From: Lentisphaerota bacterium
GTDB taxonomy: Bacteria > Verrucomicrobiota > Kiritimatiellia > JAAZAB01
Direction: 5' to 3'
DNA length: 64,000 nucleotides
Assembly (NCBI GenBank): GCA_016188985.1
Contig: JACPGM010000018.1
Coordinates: 4,736 to 68,735, forward strand
In this document: piece by piece, positions 52,128 through 60,898 of the stretch
Layout: the number at the start of each line of letters is the position of its first letter
How positions within the stretch are numbered: the stretch's first letter is position 1
The notes under the pieces: generated by a model
Database searches by the model: none
What the model was told of the DNA's origin: nothing
What the model saw: only the letters and a program-made list of their open reading frames with translations
Program-made: the position numbers and the translations under genes

Positions 52128-52871
52128 TTACATCACCATGCCGCCGCTGACGTTCAGCACCTGGCCGGTCATGTAGGCCGACGCGTCGCTCGCCAGGAAC
52201 AGGACGATATTGGCGACGTCCTCCGGCAAGCCAAACCGCGCCAGCGGAATGGTTTCTAACATTTTGTTGCGTAACGTTTCCGACAATTCGGCGGTCATCT
52301 TGGTCTCGATAAATCCCGGCGCTACGGCATTGACCCGGATGTTGCGCCCGGCCAATTCCCGGGCCGCCGATTTAGTCAGGGCAATTACCCCGGCTTTAGA
52401 GGCGGCATAATTACACTGACCGGCGTTGCCAATCAAGCCGATAATTGAAGCCAAATTAATGATGGCCCCGGACTTCTGTTTCATCATCGCTCGGGCGACC
52501 GCCTTGGTGAACAAGAAGGTGCCTTTCAGGTTGACCGCCAGAACCCGATCAAAGTCTTCTTCGGCCATGCGTACCAGCAGCCCGTCGCGGGTGATGCCCG
52601 CGTTGTTGACCAGGATATCTAGGCGGCCAAAGGCTTGCAAGGCTTCGTCCACCGTCCGTTGCACGCTTGGGCCTTGGCTGACATCGGTAGCCAGGGCCAA
52701 GGTCTTGCGGCCCATGGCCGTGATGGCTTGGGCAGTTTCGGCGAGCCAAGCGTGCTCAAGGTCGCACACGACCAGGTCGGCGCCCGCACCGGCGAGTTTT
52801 TCGGCAATCGCGCGCCCAATGCCGCGCGCTGCGCCGGTTACCAGTGCCGTTTTGCCGTCCAATTGTCCCAT
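52128..52871 (-). CDS. fabG: 3-oxoacyl-ACP reductase
   Basis: [39 protein letters not shown], classic SDR; fab cluster context. Confidence 0.9.
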   Translation of the reverse strand: MGQLDGKTALVTGAARGIGRAIAEKLAGAGADLVVCDLEHAWLAETAQAITAMGRKTLALATDVSQGPSVQRTVDEALQAFGRLDILVNNAGITRDGLLVRMAEEDFDRVLAVNLKGTFLFTKAVARAMMKQKSGAIINLASIIGLIGNAGQCNYAASKAGVIALTKSAARELAGRNIRVNAVAPGFIETKMTAELSETLRNKMLETIPLARFGLPEDVANIVLFLASDASAYMTGQVLNVSGGMVM

Positions 52872-52956
52872 GGCGTTGTGCTCAGCCTCAAAAACGGTTT
52901 AAGCCCGCTATAATTAAACTGCCAAGTTTTATAACAGAAAAGCAGCAGGTCGTCTA

Positions 52957-53742
52957 TCAGTTTGTTTCATCTGTCCAGACCGCGCTGATCTTATCGGCAT
53001 AGGTCAGGCTGACCTGCACGTGGTCGCAGCCCTGCTGGCGCAGGGCGGCCCCGGCCAGCTTGAGCGCCAGCTCGGGCCGGTTGCAGTCCCGGCTCAGGTG
53101 GCATAAGAAGACTTTTTGCAGGTCGGCGTTGGCGACGGCCGCGAGCAGTTCCGCGGCATGCCGGTTGGAAAGATGGCCTTGGCGGCCGGCAATGCGCTGT
53201 TTAAGATGCCACGGCCGCCGGGCATCGGCCAACAGGCGCTCATCATGGTTGGCCTCGATCAGCAGAACCCGGCAGCCCCGCAGGCGTTGCTGAACCAGGT
53301 GGGTGCTTACGCCGATATCGGTAACGATGCCCACGCGGATGGAATCGGCTTCCACAATGAAGCCCACCGGATCGTAAGCGTCATGCGAAACGGAAAATGG
53401 CGTAACAGTCAGATTCCCGATAACGAAGGCAGCGCCGGTGGTGAAGACTTGCCATTTCAAGGTGCCGAGCGTATGGTCTTGCCGGCAGGCTTCAATGGTG
53501 CCGGCATTGGCATAGAGGGGGATGCCGAACTGAGTATGCAGGGTGGCCAACCCGGCAGTGTGGTCGCCATGCTCGTGGGTCAGGCAGATGCCCTGGATGG
53601 CCGCGGGTGTTTCCCCAATCAGTTCCAGGCGCCGGGCAGTTTCGCGCATGGTAAGGCCGACATCAATGAGAATCCGGGTAGTGGCCGAGCCGGCAAAAAT
53701 GCAATTGCCGGAACTGCCGCTGGCCAGAACGCAGACTTTCAT
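52957..53742 (-). CDS. MBL-fold metallo-hydrolase (YycJ/PhnP-like)
   Basis: MKVCVLASGSSGNC...LIDVG...LTHEHGDH motif. Start moved to ATG 53742. Confidence 0.8.
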   Translation of the reverse strand: MKVCVLASGSSGNCIFAGSATTRILIDVGLTMRETARRLELIGETPAAIQGICLTHEHGDHTAGLATLHTQFGIPLYANAGTIEACRQDHTLGTLKWQVFTTGAAFVIGNLTVTPFSVSHDAYDPVGFIVEADSIRVGIVTDIGVSTHLVQQRLRGCRVLLIEANHDERLLADARRPWHLKQRIAGRQGHLSNRHAAELLAAVANADLQKVFLCHLSRDCNRPELALKLAGAALRQQGCDHVQVSLTYADKISAVWTDETN

Positions 53743-53860
53743 TGTTGGTCCTTTCCGGTGAAGCCCCCCCCCTGGCAAGGTCGCCAGCCGGGTTTTTGCG
53801 CTTGTGCGTCCACGCGGAATTATTATACTCGTTCCGGCTAAAACTAAAGAAAAATGCGTC

Positions 53861-55297
53861 ATGGCTGATCAGTCACAATCGCTGGCCCTTACCCAGGAAC
53901 AGCGCCAGATCCAATTGCTGGCGCCGCAGTTGCGCCAGTCCCTGGAGCTGCTCCAGGCGCCGATGCTGGAACTGCGCGAGCTGGTCCAGCAGGAGCTTCA
54001 GCTCAATCCGACCCTGGAGGAAAAGCCGCCCAAGTCCGTCAGCCTGGAAGTCGAGCCCGGGGGCAGCGAAGTTGATGACGCCAAGGAACTGGCCTTCAAT
54101 AAAGAGTTTGAAATCCTCTCGCGCATTGACGAAGAAGGCTACCGGTATTTCATGCAGGATCTTTCCGCCGAAGCGGGTGATAGCGGCCGCGAGAAACGGC
54201 GGGCTTTCTTCCTCGATTCCCAGGTCAAGCCCGAATCCCTGCAAGAGCACCTGGAAAGGCAACTGCGCGTGGCCGGGCTGAGCGAGCTGGACTTGCGCAT
54301 CGGCGAATTCATCATCGGCAGCATTAATGATGACGGTTATTTGTTGCAGAGCGTGGAAGAAATGGCCGCGGCGACGGGGTTTGACGCCGCGCGCATCCAC
54401 GATGTCCTGGTGGTTATTCAGGATTTTGACCCCATTGGCGTAGGCGCCCGCGACGTCCGGGAATGCCTGCAGTTGCAGTTAGAAAGGCTCGGTCAGGCCG
54501 AGTCGCTGGCCTGGACCATAGTGAAAGACCACCTGGAGGCGCTGGGCAACAAGCAGTTCCGCGAAATTGCCCAGGCCCTGGCCGTACCGGTGGAGCAGGT
54601 GCAGCTCTCCGCTAAGGTCATTGCCACGCTGGAGCCGAAGCCGGGCCGGGCTTTTGGCGCGGAGATGCCGACCTATATCCTGCCGGATGTCGTGGTGGAA
54701 AAAACCGGTAACGGCTATGCCATCCAGTTGAACGATGAACACATTCCGCGGCTCTGGATCAGCCGGCAATACAAGGAGATGATGCGCGCCGGCACGACCA
54801 GGCCCGAGGTCAAAACCTATATTCGGGAACGAATCCAGTCCGGGCTCTTGTTAATCAAGAGCATTACCCAGCGCCAGCGCACGCTCTACCGGGTGGCCAG
54901 CGAGATTGTCCGCGTCCAGGCCGAGTTCCTGGATGAGGGGATCTCGCGGCTCAAAGCCCTGAATATGACCGACATAGCGCGCGTCGTCGGCCTGCATGAA
55001 ACGACGATTTGCCGCTGTGTGGCCAACAAGTACATCAAAACGCCGCGGGGGCTGTTTGAGCTGAGGTATTTTTTCACGCCCGGTTTTAAAACGCAGAACG
55101 GCCAGACCATTTCATTCCGCGCCGTTCAAGACCGGCTGGCCGCACTGGTAGCCGGTGAAGACCCGAAACGCCCGCTCTCGGACCATGAGCTCGTGGAATG
55201 CTTCAAACGCGAAGGGTTGCCGGTAGCGCGCCGGACGGTGGCCAAGTACCGGGTTGATCTGAAAATCCCGCCTTCGCACTTGCGCCGACTGGCCTGA
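53861..55297 (+). CDS. rpoN: RNA polymerase sigma-54 factor
   Basis: Gln/Leu-rich region I (LAPQLRQSLELLQ), HTH region and RpoN box ARRTVAKYR. ATG 53861 preferred. Confidence 0.9.
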   Translation: MADQSQSLALTQEQRQIQLLAPQLRQSLELLQAPMLELRELVQQELQLNPTLEEKPPKSVSLEVEPGGSEVDDAKELAFNKEFEILSRIDEEGYRYFMQDLSAEAGDSGREKRRAFFLDSQVKPESLQEHLERQLRVAGLSELDLRIGEFIIGSINDDGYLLQSVEEMAAATGFDAARIHDVLVVIQDFDPIGVGARDVRECLQLQLERLGQAESLAWTIVKDHLEALGNKQFREIAQALAVPVEQVQLSAKVIATLEPKPGRAFGAEMPTYILPDVVVEKTGNGYAIQLNDEHIPRLWISRQYKEMMRAGTTRPEVKTYIRERIQSGLLLIKSITQRQRTLYRVASEIVRVQAEFLDEGISRLKALNMTDIARVVGLHETTICRCVANKYIKTPRGLFELRYFFTPGFKTQNGQTISFRAVQDRLAALVAGEDPKRPLSDHELVECFKREGLPVARRTVAKYRVDLKIPPSHLRRLA

Positions 55298-55305
55298 AAA
55301 CGCCC

Positions 55306-55329
55306 CGCGTAGCCCGAAGGGCGAAGCGT
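55306..55329 (+). repeat. 24-bp direct repeat, copy 1 (flanks the GIY-YIG gene)
   Basis: CGCGTAGCCCGAAGGGCGAAGCGT, identical to 55648-55671. Contains the GCCCGAAGGGC hairpin. Abuts the GIY-YIG stop codon. Confidence 0.9.
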
Positions 55330-55550
55330 CAAAGAAGTCGTTTGGCGGTAAATGCTTTTCCGGGATGGGATTTCAGGTACGCCTCGAACGCAAACGCACA
55401 GTAAAAGACCAGTTTCCATGGCCGGTACGTGGCCGTGGAAATATTACCCCCTTCATTATGTTTTGTGACCCGTGCATTCAAACTCTCCGTGAAACCCACG
55501 TAGGTTTGATCGGGGTAATTGATACTGCGCAAGATGTAGATGAAATACAT
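55329..55550 (-). CDS. GIY-YIG nuclease-domain small protein
   Basis: MYFIYILRS...YVGFTESLNARVTKHNEG...RPWKLVF matches the GIY..YIG...R..H/N core. 73 aa. Confidence 0.8.
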   Translation of the reverse strand: MYFIYILRSINYPDQTYVGFTESLNARVTKHNEGGNISTATYRPWKLVFYCAFAFEAYLKSHPGKAFTAKRLL

Positions 55551-55647
55551 GGCCCTGCTTTGTTGCCCGTGCTTCGTTGATCTCGCAAAGCTCGATCAAC
55601 TACGCATGCTCACGCTTCGCGCCTTCGGCTCTGCTGTGGCTGCGCCA

Positions 55648-55671
55648 CGCGTAGCCCGAAGGGCGAAGCGT
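55648..55671 (+). repeat. 24-bp direct repeat, copy 2 (abuts the tRNA-Asp 3' end)
   Basis: CGCGTAGCCCGAAGGGCGAAGCGT. The last base is the complement of the tRNA terminal A. Confidence 0.9.
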
Positions 55672-55747
55672 GGCGGGAGAGACGGGGCTCGAACCCGCAA
55701 CCTTCGGCGTGACAAGCCGATGCTCTAGCCAATTGCGCTACTCCCCC
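55671..55747 (-). tRNA. tRNA-Asp (GTC)
   Basis: Hand-folded rc: GGGGGAG-TA-GCGC-AATTGGCTA-GAGC-A-TCGGC-TTGTCAC-GCCGA-AGGTT-GCGGG-TTCGAGC-CCCGT-CTCTCCC-G-CCA. 7-bp acceptor (one G-U), 5-bp anticodon stem, GTC anticodon, encoded CCA. Confidence 0.9.
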
Positions 55748-55954
55748 TTTAAAACCGAAAATACCCTACTGATTTAATTTCCCGGAGCAAGAATAAAATT
55801 TTAATCTGCCAAACTCCCAAACCGTACTATCCTTCGCAAAATCATTCAGCCCTGATATATATATCGCCATAATGGGCAGACAATACAAATTCAAACGCTA
55901 AACAACTTTCATCTTGATTAAATTGCGGGGGGGATCGAAAGTAATAATTCAAGC

Positions 55955-57145
55955 ATGCACTCCGATCTGATCAAACAATGCTGTCGGCTTTACCGCGCAA
56001 CCCTGCTTGAAGAAGTCGTGCCCTTCTGGATGCGGCATGGCTTCGACCGCGAATATGGCGGGATCAGCAACGTGGTGGATGATGCCGGGCGCGCGCTCAG
56101 CCGCGACAAGTATCTCTGGTCGCAGGGGCGCGCGCTCTGGACCTTTTCCGCTCTCTATAACCGGATTGAAAAGCGGAAGGAATGGCTCGAATTCGCCGAC
56201 CATATCTTCCGCTACCTGGCCGCGCACGGTCGCGACGAAAAGGGGCGCTGGATGTACCGGCTGGACCAGGCTGGGAACATAGTGGAGCGCGATATCAGCG
56301 TGTATGTTGACGGCTTCGTGATGAACGGCCTGTCCGAATATCACCTCGCCGTCGGCAGCCGCGAAGCGCTCGAAATAGCGCTGCAAACTTATGGAATAAT
56401 TTCCACGCTCCTGCGCACGCCGGAAAGCTACCGCAGCGCGCCGTATGAAATCCCGCCCGGCTTGAAAGCCCACGGCATCAACATGATATTTTCGTTCTTT
56501 TTTTATCAGCTTGGCCGCGTGGCTAACCGCGCCGATATCCGCGCCGCGGGGCTGCAGCTGGGCCGCGAGATCCTGGAGCAGTTTTACGCGCCGGCGCGCG
56601 ACGCGATCATGGAATACACGCGCCTTGACAGCAAGTCCGATGACCGGATCCATTGCCGGACCTGCGTGCCCGGCCACGCCATCGAAAGTCTCTGGTTCCT
56701 GATCAGCATGTTCGAGCAGGAAAAGAATCCGGCTCGGATCCGGGAATGCTGCCGGTTGATCCGCCGCCATATCGAGCTGGCCTGGGATGAAGAGCACGGC
56801 GGGCTCAAACTGGCCCTGGATATCGAGGGCAGGGCGCCGCCGGCCTGGAACAAGCCGGACTGCAAGGCCTGGTGGGTCCATGTAGAAGCGCTGGTGGCCA
56901 CGGCTTTTGCTCATCTCCATACACGCGAAAGCTGGTGTCTTGACTGGCATCAGCGCATTCAGAAATATTCCTGGGAGCATTTCCCCGTTCCCACCGGCGA
57001 ATGGACCCAATGGCTGGACCGTGAGGGGCGCAAAATCGAAAGCACCGCCTTGCCGGTTAAAGACCCTTTTCATCTTTCCCGGGCTTTGATTTACTTGATC
57101 GATCTGTTTGAAAACCGGATTGAGGAGAGAAAAAATAAGCAGTAA
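55955..57145 (+). CDS. N-acylglucosamine 2-epimerase (AGE) family epimerase/isomerase
   Basis: VVPFWMRHGFDREYGG....DKYLWSQGRALWTFSALY and GHAIESLWFL (alpha/alpha)6-barrel motifs. Confidence 0.8.
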   Translation: MHSDLIKQCCRLYRATLLEEVVPFWMRHGFDREYGGISNVVDDAGRALSRDKYLWSQGRALWTFSALYNRIEKRKEWLEFADHIFRYLAAHGRDEKGRWMYRLDQAGNIVERDISVYVDGFVMNGLSEYHLAVGSREALEIALQTYGIISTLLRTPESYRSAPYEIPPGLKAHGINMIFSFFFYQLGRVANRADIRAAGLQLGREILEQFYAPARDAIMEYTRLDSKSDDRIHCRTCVPGHAIESLWFLISMFEQEKNPARIRECCRLIRRHIELAWDEEHGGLKLALDIEGRAPPAWNKPDCKAWWVHVEALVATAFAHLHTRESWCLDWHQRIQKYSWEHFPVPTGEWTQWLDREGRKIESTALPVKDPFHLSRALIYLIDLFENRIEERKNKQ

Positions 57146-57920
57146 ATCGTTCCGTGAAGTTGTCAAGAGCGGCACGCCCCAGTTGGGCCTTTGCATTATG
57201 TACCCGGCGCCGGGAGCGGTTGAACGTATTGCCCCGGATTGGGACTGGGTCTGGCTGGATGGCCAGCACGGGCAAATCGGCTACGGCGAGATGCTTGCCT
57301 TGGTCCGGGCCTGCGACCTGGCCAACCGGCCAGCGTTCGTGCGGGTTCCCTGGCATGAGCCGGGTCCCATTGGACTGGCCCTCGACATGGGCGCCGCCGG
57401 CGTCATCGTCCCGTGCGTGGATACGCCGGAAGAAGCACGTGCTATAGTCGCGGCCGCCCGTTTCCCGCCGGTCGGGAAGCGCTCCTACGGCGGCCGGCGG
57501 CTGATTGACTTCAAGGGACGCGATTATTCCAACACGGCCAATGAAGGCACCATTCTGGTCCTGCAGATCGAAACTCCGCTTGGCATCGAGAACGCCGGGG
57601 AAATCGCGGCCGTCCCTGGGGTGGACGCGCTGTTTCTCGGTCCCGATGACATTATCCTGCGGCGGGGATTCAAGATGGCCACGCCACGCACGAAGGACGT
57701 GCTTGGCAAGGACATGGAAGCGGTGATCGGCGCCTGCCGCAAGCACGGGAAATTTGGCGTGATGGTCGGGATCGGGGCTGAAATGTTCAAGCTTTCCCTC
57801 CAGATGGGCTTCCACATGATCGTGGCCGGCGGGGACGTGCTCTTTCTCGCTAATTCCTCAAAGCAGGCTTCAGCCGCTGCGCGCGCCATGATAAAAGAGA
57901 TGTTGCTGTCAGGCACTTGA
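57108..57920 (+). CDS. HpcH/HpaI-family aldolase
   Basis: WDWVWLDGQHG, VRVPW..P..I...LD.GA.GVIVP.V.T.EEA..IV.AARFPP.G.RS. Only TTG starts are available (57108 or 57120); overlaps the AGE gene. Confidence 0.75.
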   Translation: MKTGLRREKISSKSFREVVKSGTPQLGLCIMYPAPGAVERIAPDWDWVWLDGQHGQIGYGEMLALVRACDLANRPAFVRVPWHEPGPIGLALDMGAAGVIVPCVDTPEEARAIVAAARFPPVGKRSYGGRRLIDFKGRDYSNTANEGTILVLQIETPLGIENAGEIAAVPGVDALFLGPDDIILRRGFKMATPRTKDVLGKDMEAVIGACRKHGKFGVMVGIGAEMFKLSLQMGFHMIVAGGDVLFLANSSKQASAAARAMIKEMLLSGT

Positions 57921-57977
57921 TATACCTGGGCTTTCATATATTTTACGACCAAGCTCATAAGTGCACGTGGGTACTCC

Positions 57978-58510
57978 ATGAAAAACGCGGTCCTGTCTCG
58001 GCTGCTTTTAGTCGCGCTGCTCAGCCGGCTCCTGGTTGACGCGGCTTGGGGCGCGACGCGCAACTTCAAGGCCGGCACCACTGGCGACTGGTCGGTGGCG
58101 GCCAACTGGGTAGAGGGGTCGGTGCCTGATCATGGCGATGATGTCTACATTACCTACACCGGATCGCTGGCCATTATTTCCGGCGCGTCTTCCAACTTAA
58201 AAAAGGCCGGGACTCCAACGGTTTCTTCACAACCGCCGATGTGCCCGGCTACCGCATCTACAGTCAGGTCCCCCGCTGGCCATTGGCCCAGTGCCTGCCC
58301 GTGATGGATGCCCTGTACCGCCTGACGGGCGACCGCACCTGGCTGAAGTGGGGCTGCACCAGTGCCGGCTGCTGTTCAAGCTCACGGCGGCGGAGACCGG
58401 CTGAAAAGAGGAGCTGTCATGGCCTCACGAAGGCAGCCTGATCTATGCTTACGCCTTCGGATTCCTAGAAAGCGCGCGAGAGACGGGCTTGCTCACGGAT
58501 GTGGGGTGAG
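57978..58510 (+). pseudogene. Gene remnants: N-terminal fragment of a secreted GDW..NW-repeat protein fused to a frameshifted/stop-containing fragment of another gene
   Basis: Signal peptide plus TTGDWSVAANWVEGSVPDHGDDVYI, then loss of sense. Another frame reads DSNGFFTTADVPGYRIYSQVPRWPLAQCLPVMDALYRLTGDRTWLK, then after a shift VGLHQCRLLFKLTAAETG*KEELSWPHEGSLIYAYAFGFLESARETGLLTDVG*. Confidence 0.4.
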
Positions 58511-58649
58511 GGAAGAAGATGTTCGCTTTCGGGTTGGTGTTTCCGGATCTGGCGGTCATGCGAATAGCCCGTGAAGTTTTTTCTTGTGCCGCGAATGAAC
58601 GATATGCAAAGTGCCTTTTTTCAAGCCAATTTGTGAGGCTACAAAGGCC

Positions 58650-60866
58650 ATGGTAACAAAAGCGAGGTCTGGTTGGTGTTTCGCGCTGGTTGCGGCGGCT
58701 TTATTGCAGGTCGGCCATGCGCCGGCAGCCTATGTGCAGGTGGGTCTGCCGCTTAAGCAATTGCCGCAAGATCATGCCTACCAGCAGCAAATCCGCGCTT
58801 TTTTGGGGACGCTCTCGGAAAAGGATTTCGCCGTCGAACGCAACACTTTCACGGTTGGACCAACCAACGCGCCTGGCGACCCGGACCAACTTTTCCAACT
58901 ATGGCTGCTTTCGCTCTGGATTCCCTCAATTACCCCCGTGGCGCAAGCCGCGGGCGGGTTCACCCTCTCCGCGCTTGAGTCGCAGCCGGGTATCCTCTTG
59001 CCCGCGGCGCCGAACACTTCCGATCAACTGGCCTGGCTGGCTAACTGGGACTATCCCGGCAATCCCTATCGTGGCTCGCGGGCCATAAAGCTGCGGGCTT
59101 TCGTGCTGGCCGCGGTGGATTTGATGATGCTCGATGCGCTCTATGAGCATGCCCCCCAAGGCGCGGCCCGCTCCGATTATCTTGGCGGCAACCTCATCTG
59201 GATCGGCTATACTTATAGCGTCGTCAAGGATATCCTGCCGGCCGAAGTCCTGGCGGCTTTTGAAGCCGGCATTAAAAAGCAGGTCCTGCGGCTGAACAAG
59301 TGGGGCCCCACCGGGGCAATGACTGATATGGACCTGTTTGCGCCCGTGGGTCTGAGCTATATCGCGCAAGCGTCGTCTGATCCAGAGATTAAGCAGGTCG
59401 CGCAAGACTATTCCCGCAAGCTCTTCAGCGATGAGCGTTACTTTCATCCCGCCGGCTACTTCGTTGATAATGGCTGTTTCGACACCTCTTATAACGGCAT
59501 CAGCCTTTATTTTGCGACCTGGGCGGCGCTCAGCAGCGACTGGCCGTTTGTGCGCGAGGCGCTCAATAAGGCCTTCCGCCTGCGAGCGCATCTTTGTTTT
59601 CCTGACCCGGACGGCGCGTTCCAAGGTCCCAGCCAGATGAGTTCCCGGACCTCCGCGCCGCCGCCGAGCGACCAGTGGAATTTTCCTCACCGGCCTTATG
59701 CCGCGGCCCTGGTGACGGATGAAGCGTTCCATCTGGCTCCGTTGCCATCGGAAAATACAATCAGATCGGCCAGCGCAACGGTGATCAATAGTCTTAACAA
59801 CGACCTGGCTAAGGCGCCTGCGGGCGAATCGCACATCTGGAAGGAAAGTCACTGGTACTCCCGGCGCAATTTTGCTTATGAGCATTACCAGCGCGGCACC
59901 TACGCGCGCATGCTGAAGCTTGCCAATTCGCCGCTCGTGAAGCCGCTTTACCGGCGTGATGAGAACTTTATCCGTGAATTTGAAAAGGCCTTCGTGATCA
60001 CCCGGTTTAACAGCTATGCCCTGGCTATCCATACCGGGCCCGTGGGCCGAAGCGTCGGGCACAATGGCCTGCCTTATGGCTATGGCGGCGGCGAGCTTGC
60101 CGCTTTCTGGACGCCACCGGCCGGCTCGGTTATTCTCGGACGCCGGCGCGGGGTCCAGGGGGCCGCGCCAAGGTTCGATAGCTATGCCGAGTGGCGCAGT
60201 TGGCCCGTGCATGCGGTCAGCGGCCTGACGGCCAAGGACGAGCTGATCAGCTCCACGCGCATCCAGCAGCCGGCCGTCGAATTGGAGAACACGACCACCC
60301 AGTGCCAAGTGCGGGTTTCCGGGCTCATGCCGAAATATAACAAGGACAAAACGGCAACCGGTCCCTCCGGCCTGTTCTATGAGCGGCAGTTCGTAATGAA
60401 CTCGGCCGGTCTGAAGATCAGCACTGCCCTCAAGGGCCAGGATGAGGAGCGCCTGACCGAGCTATATGAGACCATTCCTGTTTTTCTGCGGAACCTCAGT
60501 GCAAAAAACGAAAAAGCGTGCACCGCTATCGAGTTTTGCAGCGCCGGAGAGTGGCACCCGGCAACGAACGAATACGGCAAGGGTGTTGATGCCGTCCGGC
60601 TGAGGCGCTTTGCGGGCGAAGTCTTGATTACGTTCAGCCAGCCGCGCCGGGTTAAATTGTCGCCCGCCGACTGGTCCGACGGTTATCAGACTGACGCGGC
60701 CTGCCGCACGGTCCTGGTGGATCTCCTGGAGGGCGACGGCCAGCCGCAGACGATCACGAACGCTTCCGTGAGCTATACGATCAGTGCCGTTCCGGCCTCG
60801 ACCAAGCCGGCAGCCGAAACGTCCGAAACGCCCGCCGCGCAACAGCTTGAATCGGCGAAGAAGTAG
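58650..60866 (+). CDS. Large secreted protein of unknown function
   Basis: Signal peptide MVTKARSGWCFALVAAALLQVGHAPAA (ATG 58650). Helix-rich N-terminal half, beta-rich C-terminal half. No family recognised by eye. Confidence 0.6.
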   Translation: MVTKARSGWCFALVAAALLQVGHAPAAYVQVGLPLKQLPQDHAYQQQIRAFLGTLSEKDFAVERNTFTVGPTNAPGDPDQLFQLWLLSLWIPSITPVAQAAGGFTLSALESQPGILLPAAPNTSDQLAWLANWDYPGNPYRGSRAIKLRAFVLAAVDLMMLDALYEHAPQGAARSDYLGGNLIWIGYTYSVVKDILPAEVLAAFEAGIKKQVLRLNKWGPTGAMTDMDLFAPVGLSYIAQASSDPEIKQVAQDYSRKLFSDERYFHPAGYFVDNGCFDTSYNGISLYFATWAALSSDWPFVREALNKAFRLRAHLCFPDPDGAFQGPSQMSSRTSAPPPSDQWNFPHRPYAAALVTDEAFHLAPLPSENTIRSASATVINSLNNDLAKAPAGESHIWKESHWYSRRNFAYEHYQRGTYARMLKLANSPLVKPLYRRDENFIREFEKAFVITRFNSYALAIHTGPVGRSVGHNGLPYGYGGGELAAFWTPPAGSVILGRRRGVQGAAPRFDSYAEWRSWPVHAVSGLTAKDELISSTRIQQPAVELENTTTQCQVRVSGLMPKYNKDKTATGPSGLFYERQFVMNSAGLKISTALKGQDEERLTELYETIPVFLRNLSAKNEKACTAIEFCSAGEWHPATNEYGKGVDAVRLRRFAGEVLITFSQPRRVKLSPADWSDGYQTDAACRTVLVDLLEGDGQPQTITNASVSYTISAVPASTKPAAETSETPAAQQLESAKK

Positions 60867-60898
60867 TCAGTCATTATAAGAGGAGGAAAAACCGCACT

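Noticed and set aside
55949-57196. 415-aa minus-strand ORF. The same applies to 42483-43622, 50869-51780, 34397-35230, 8018-8749, 58926-60308, 61193-62389, 13309-13995, 30825-31658 and 3892-4608
   Set aside because: All are antisense shadows of confidently identified or better-supported sense genes in GC-rich DNA.
58400-58402. In-frame TGA in the decayed gene (…LTAAETG*KEELSW…) as a selenocysteine codon
   Set aside because: No SECIS-like hairpin is evident immediately downstream. The same fragment also needs a frameshift and lacks a start, so a pseudogene is the simpler explanation.
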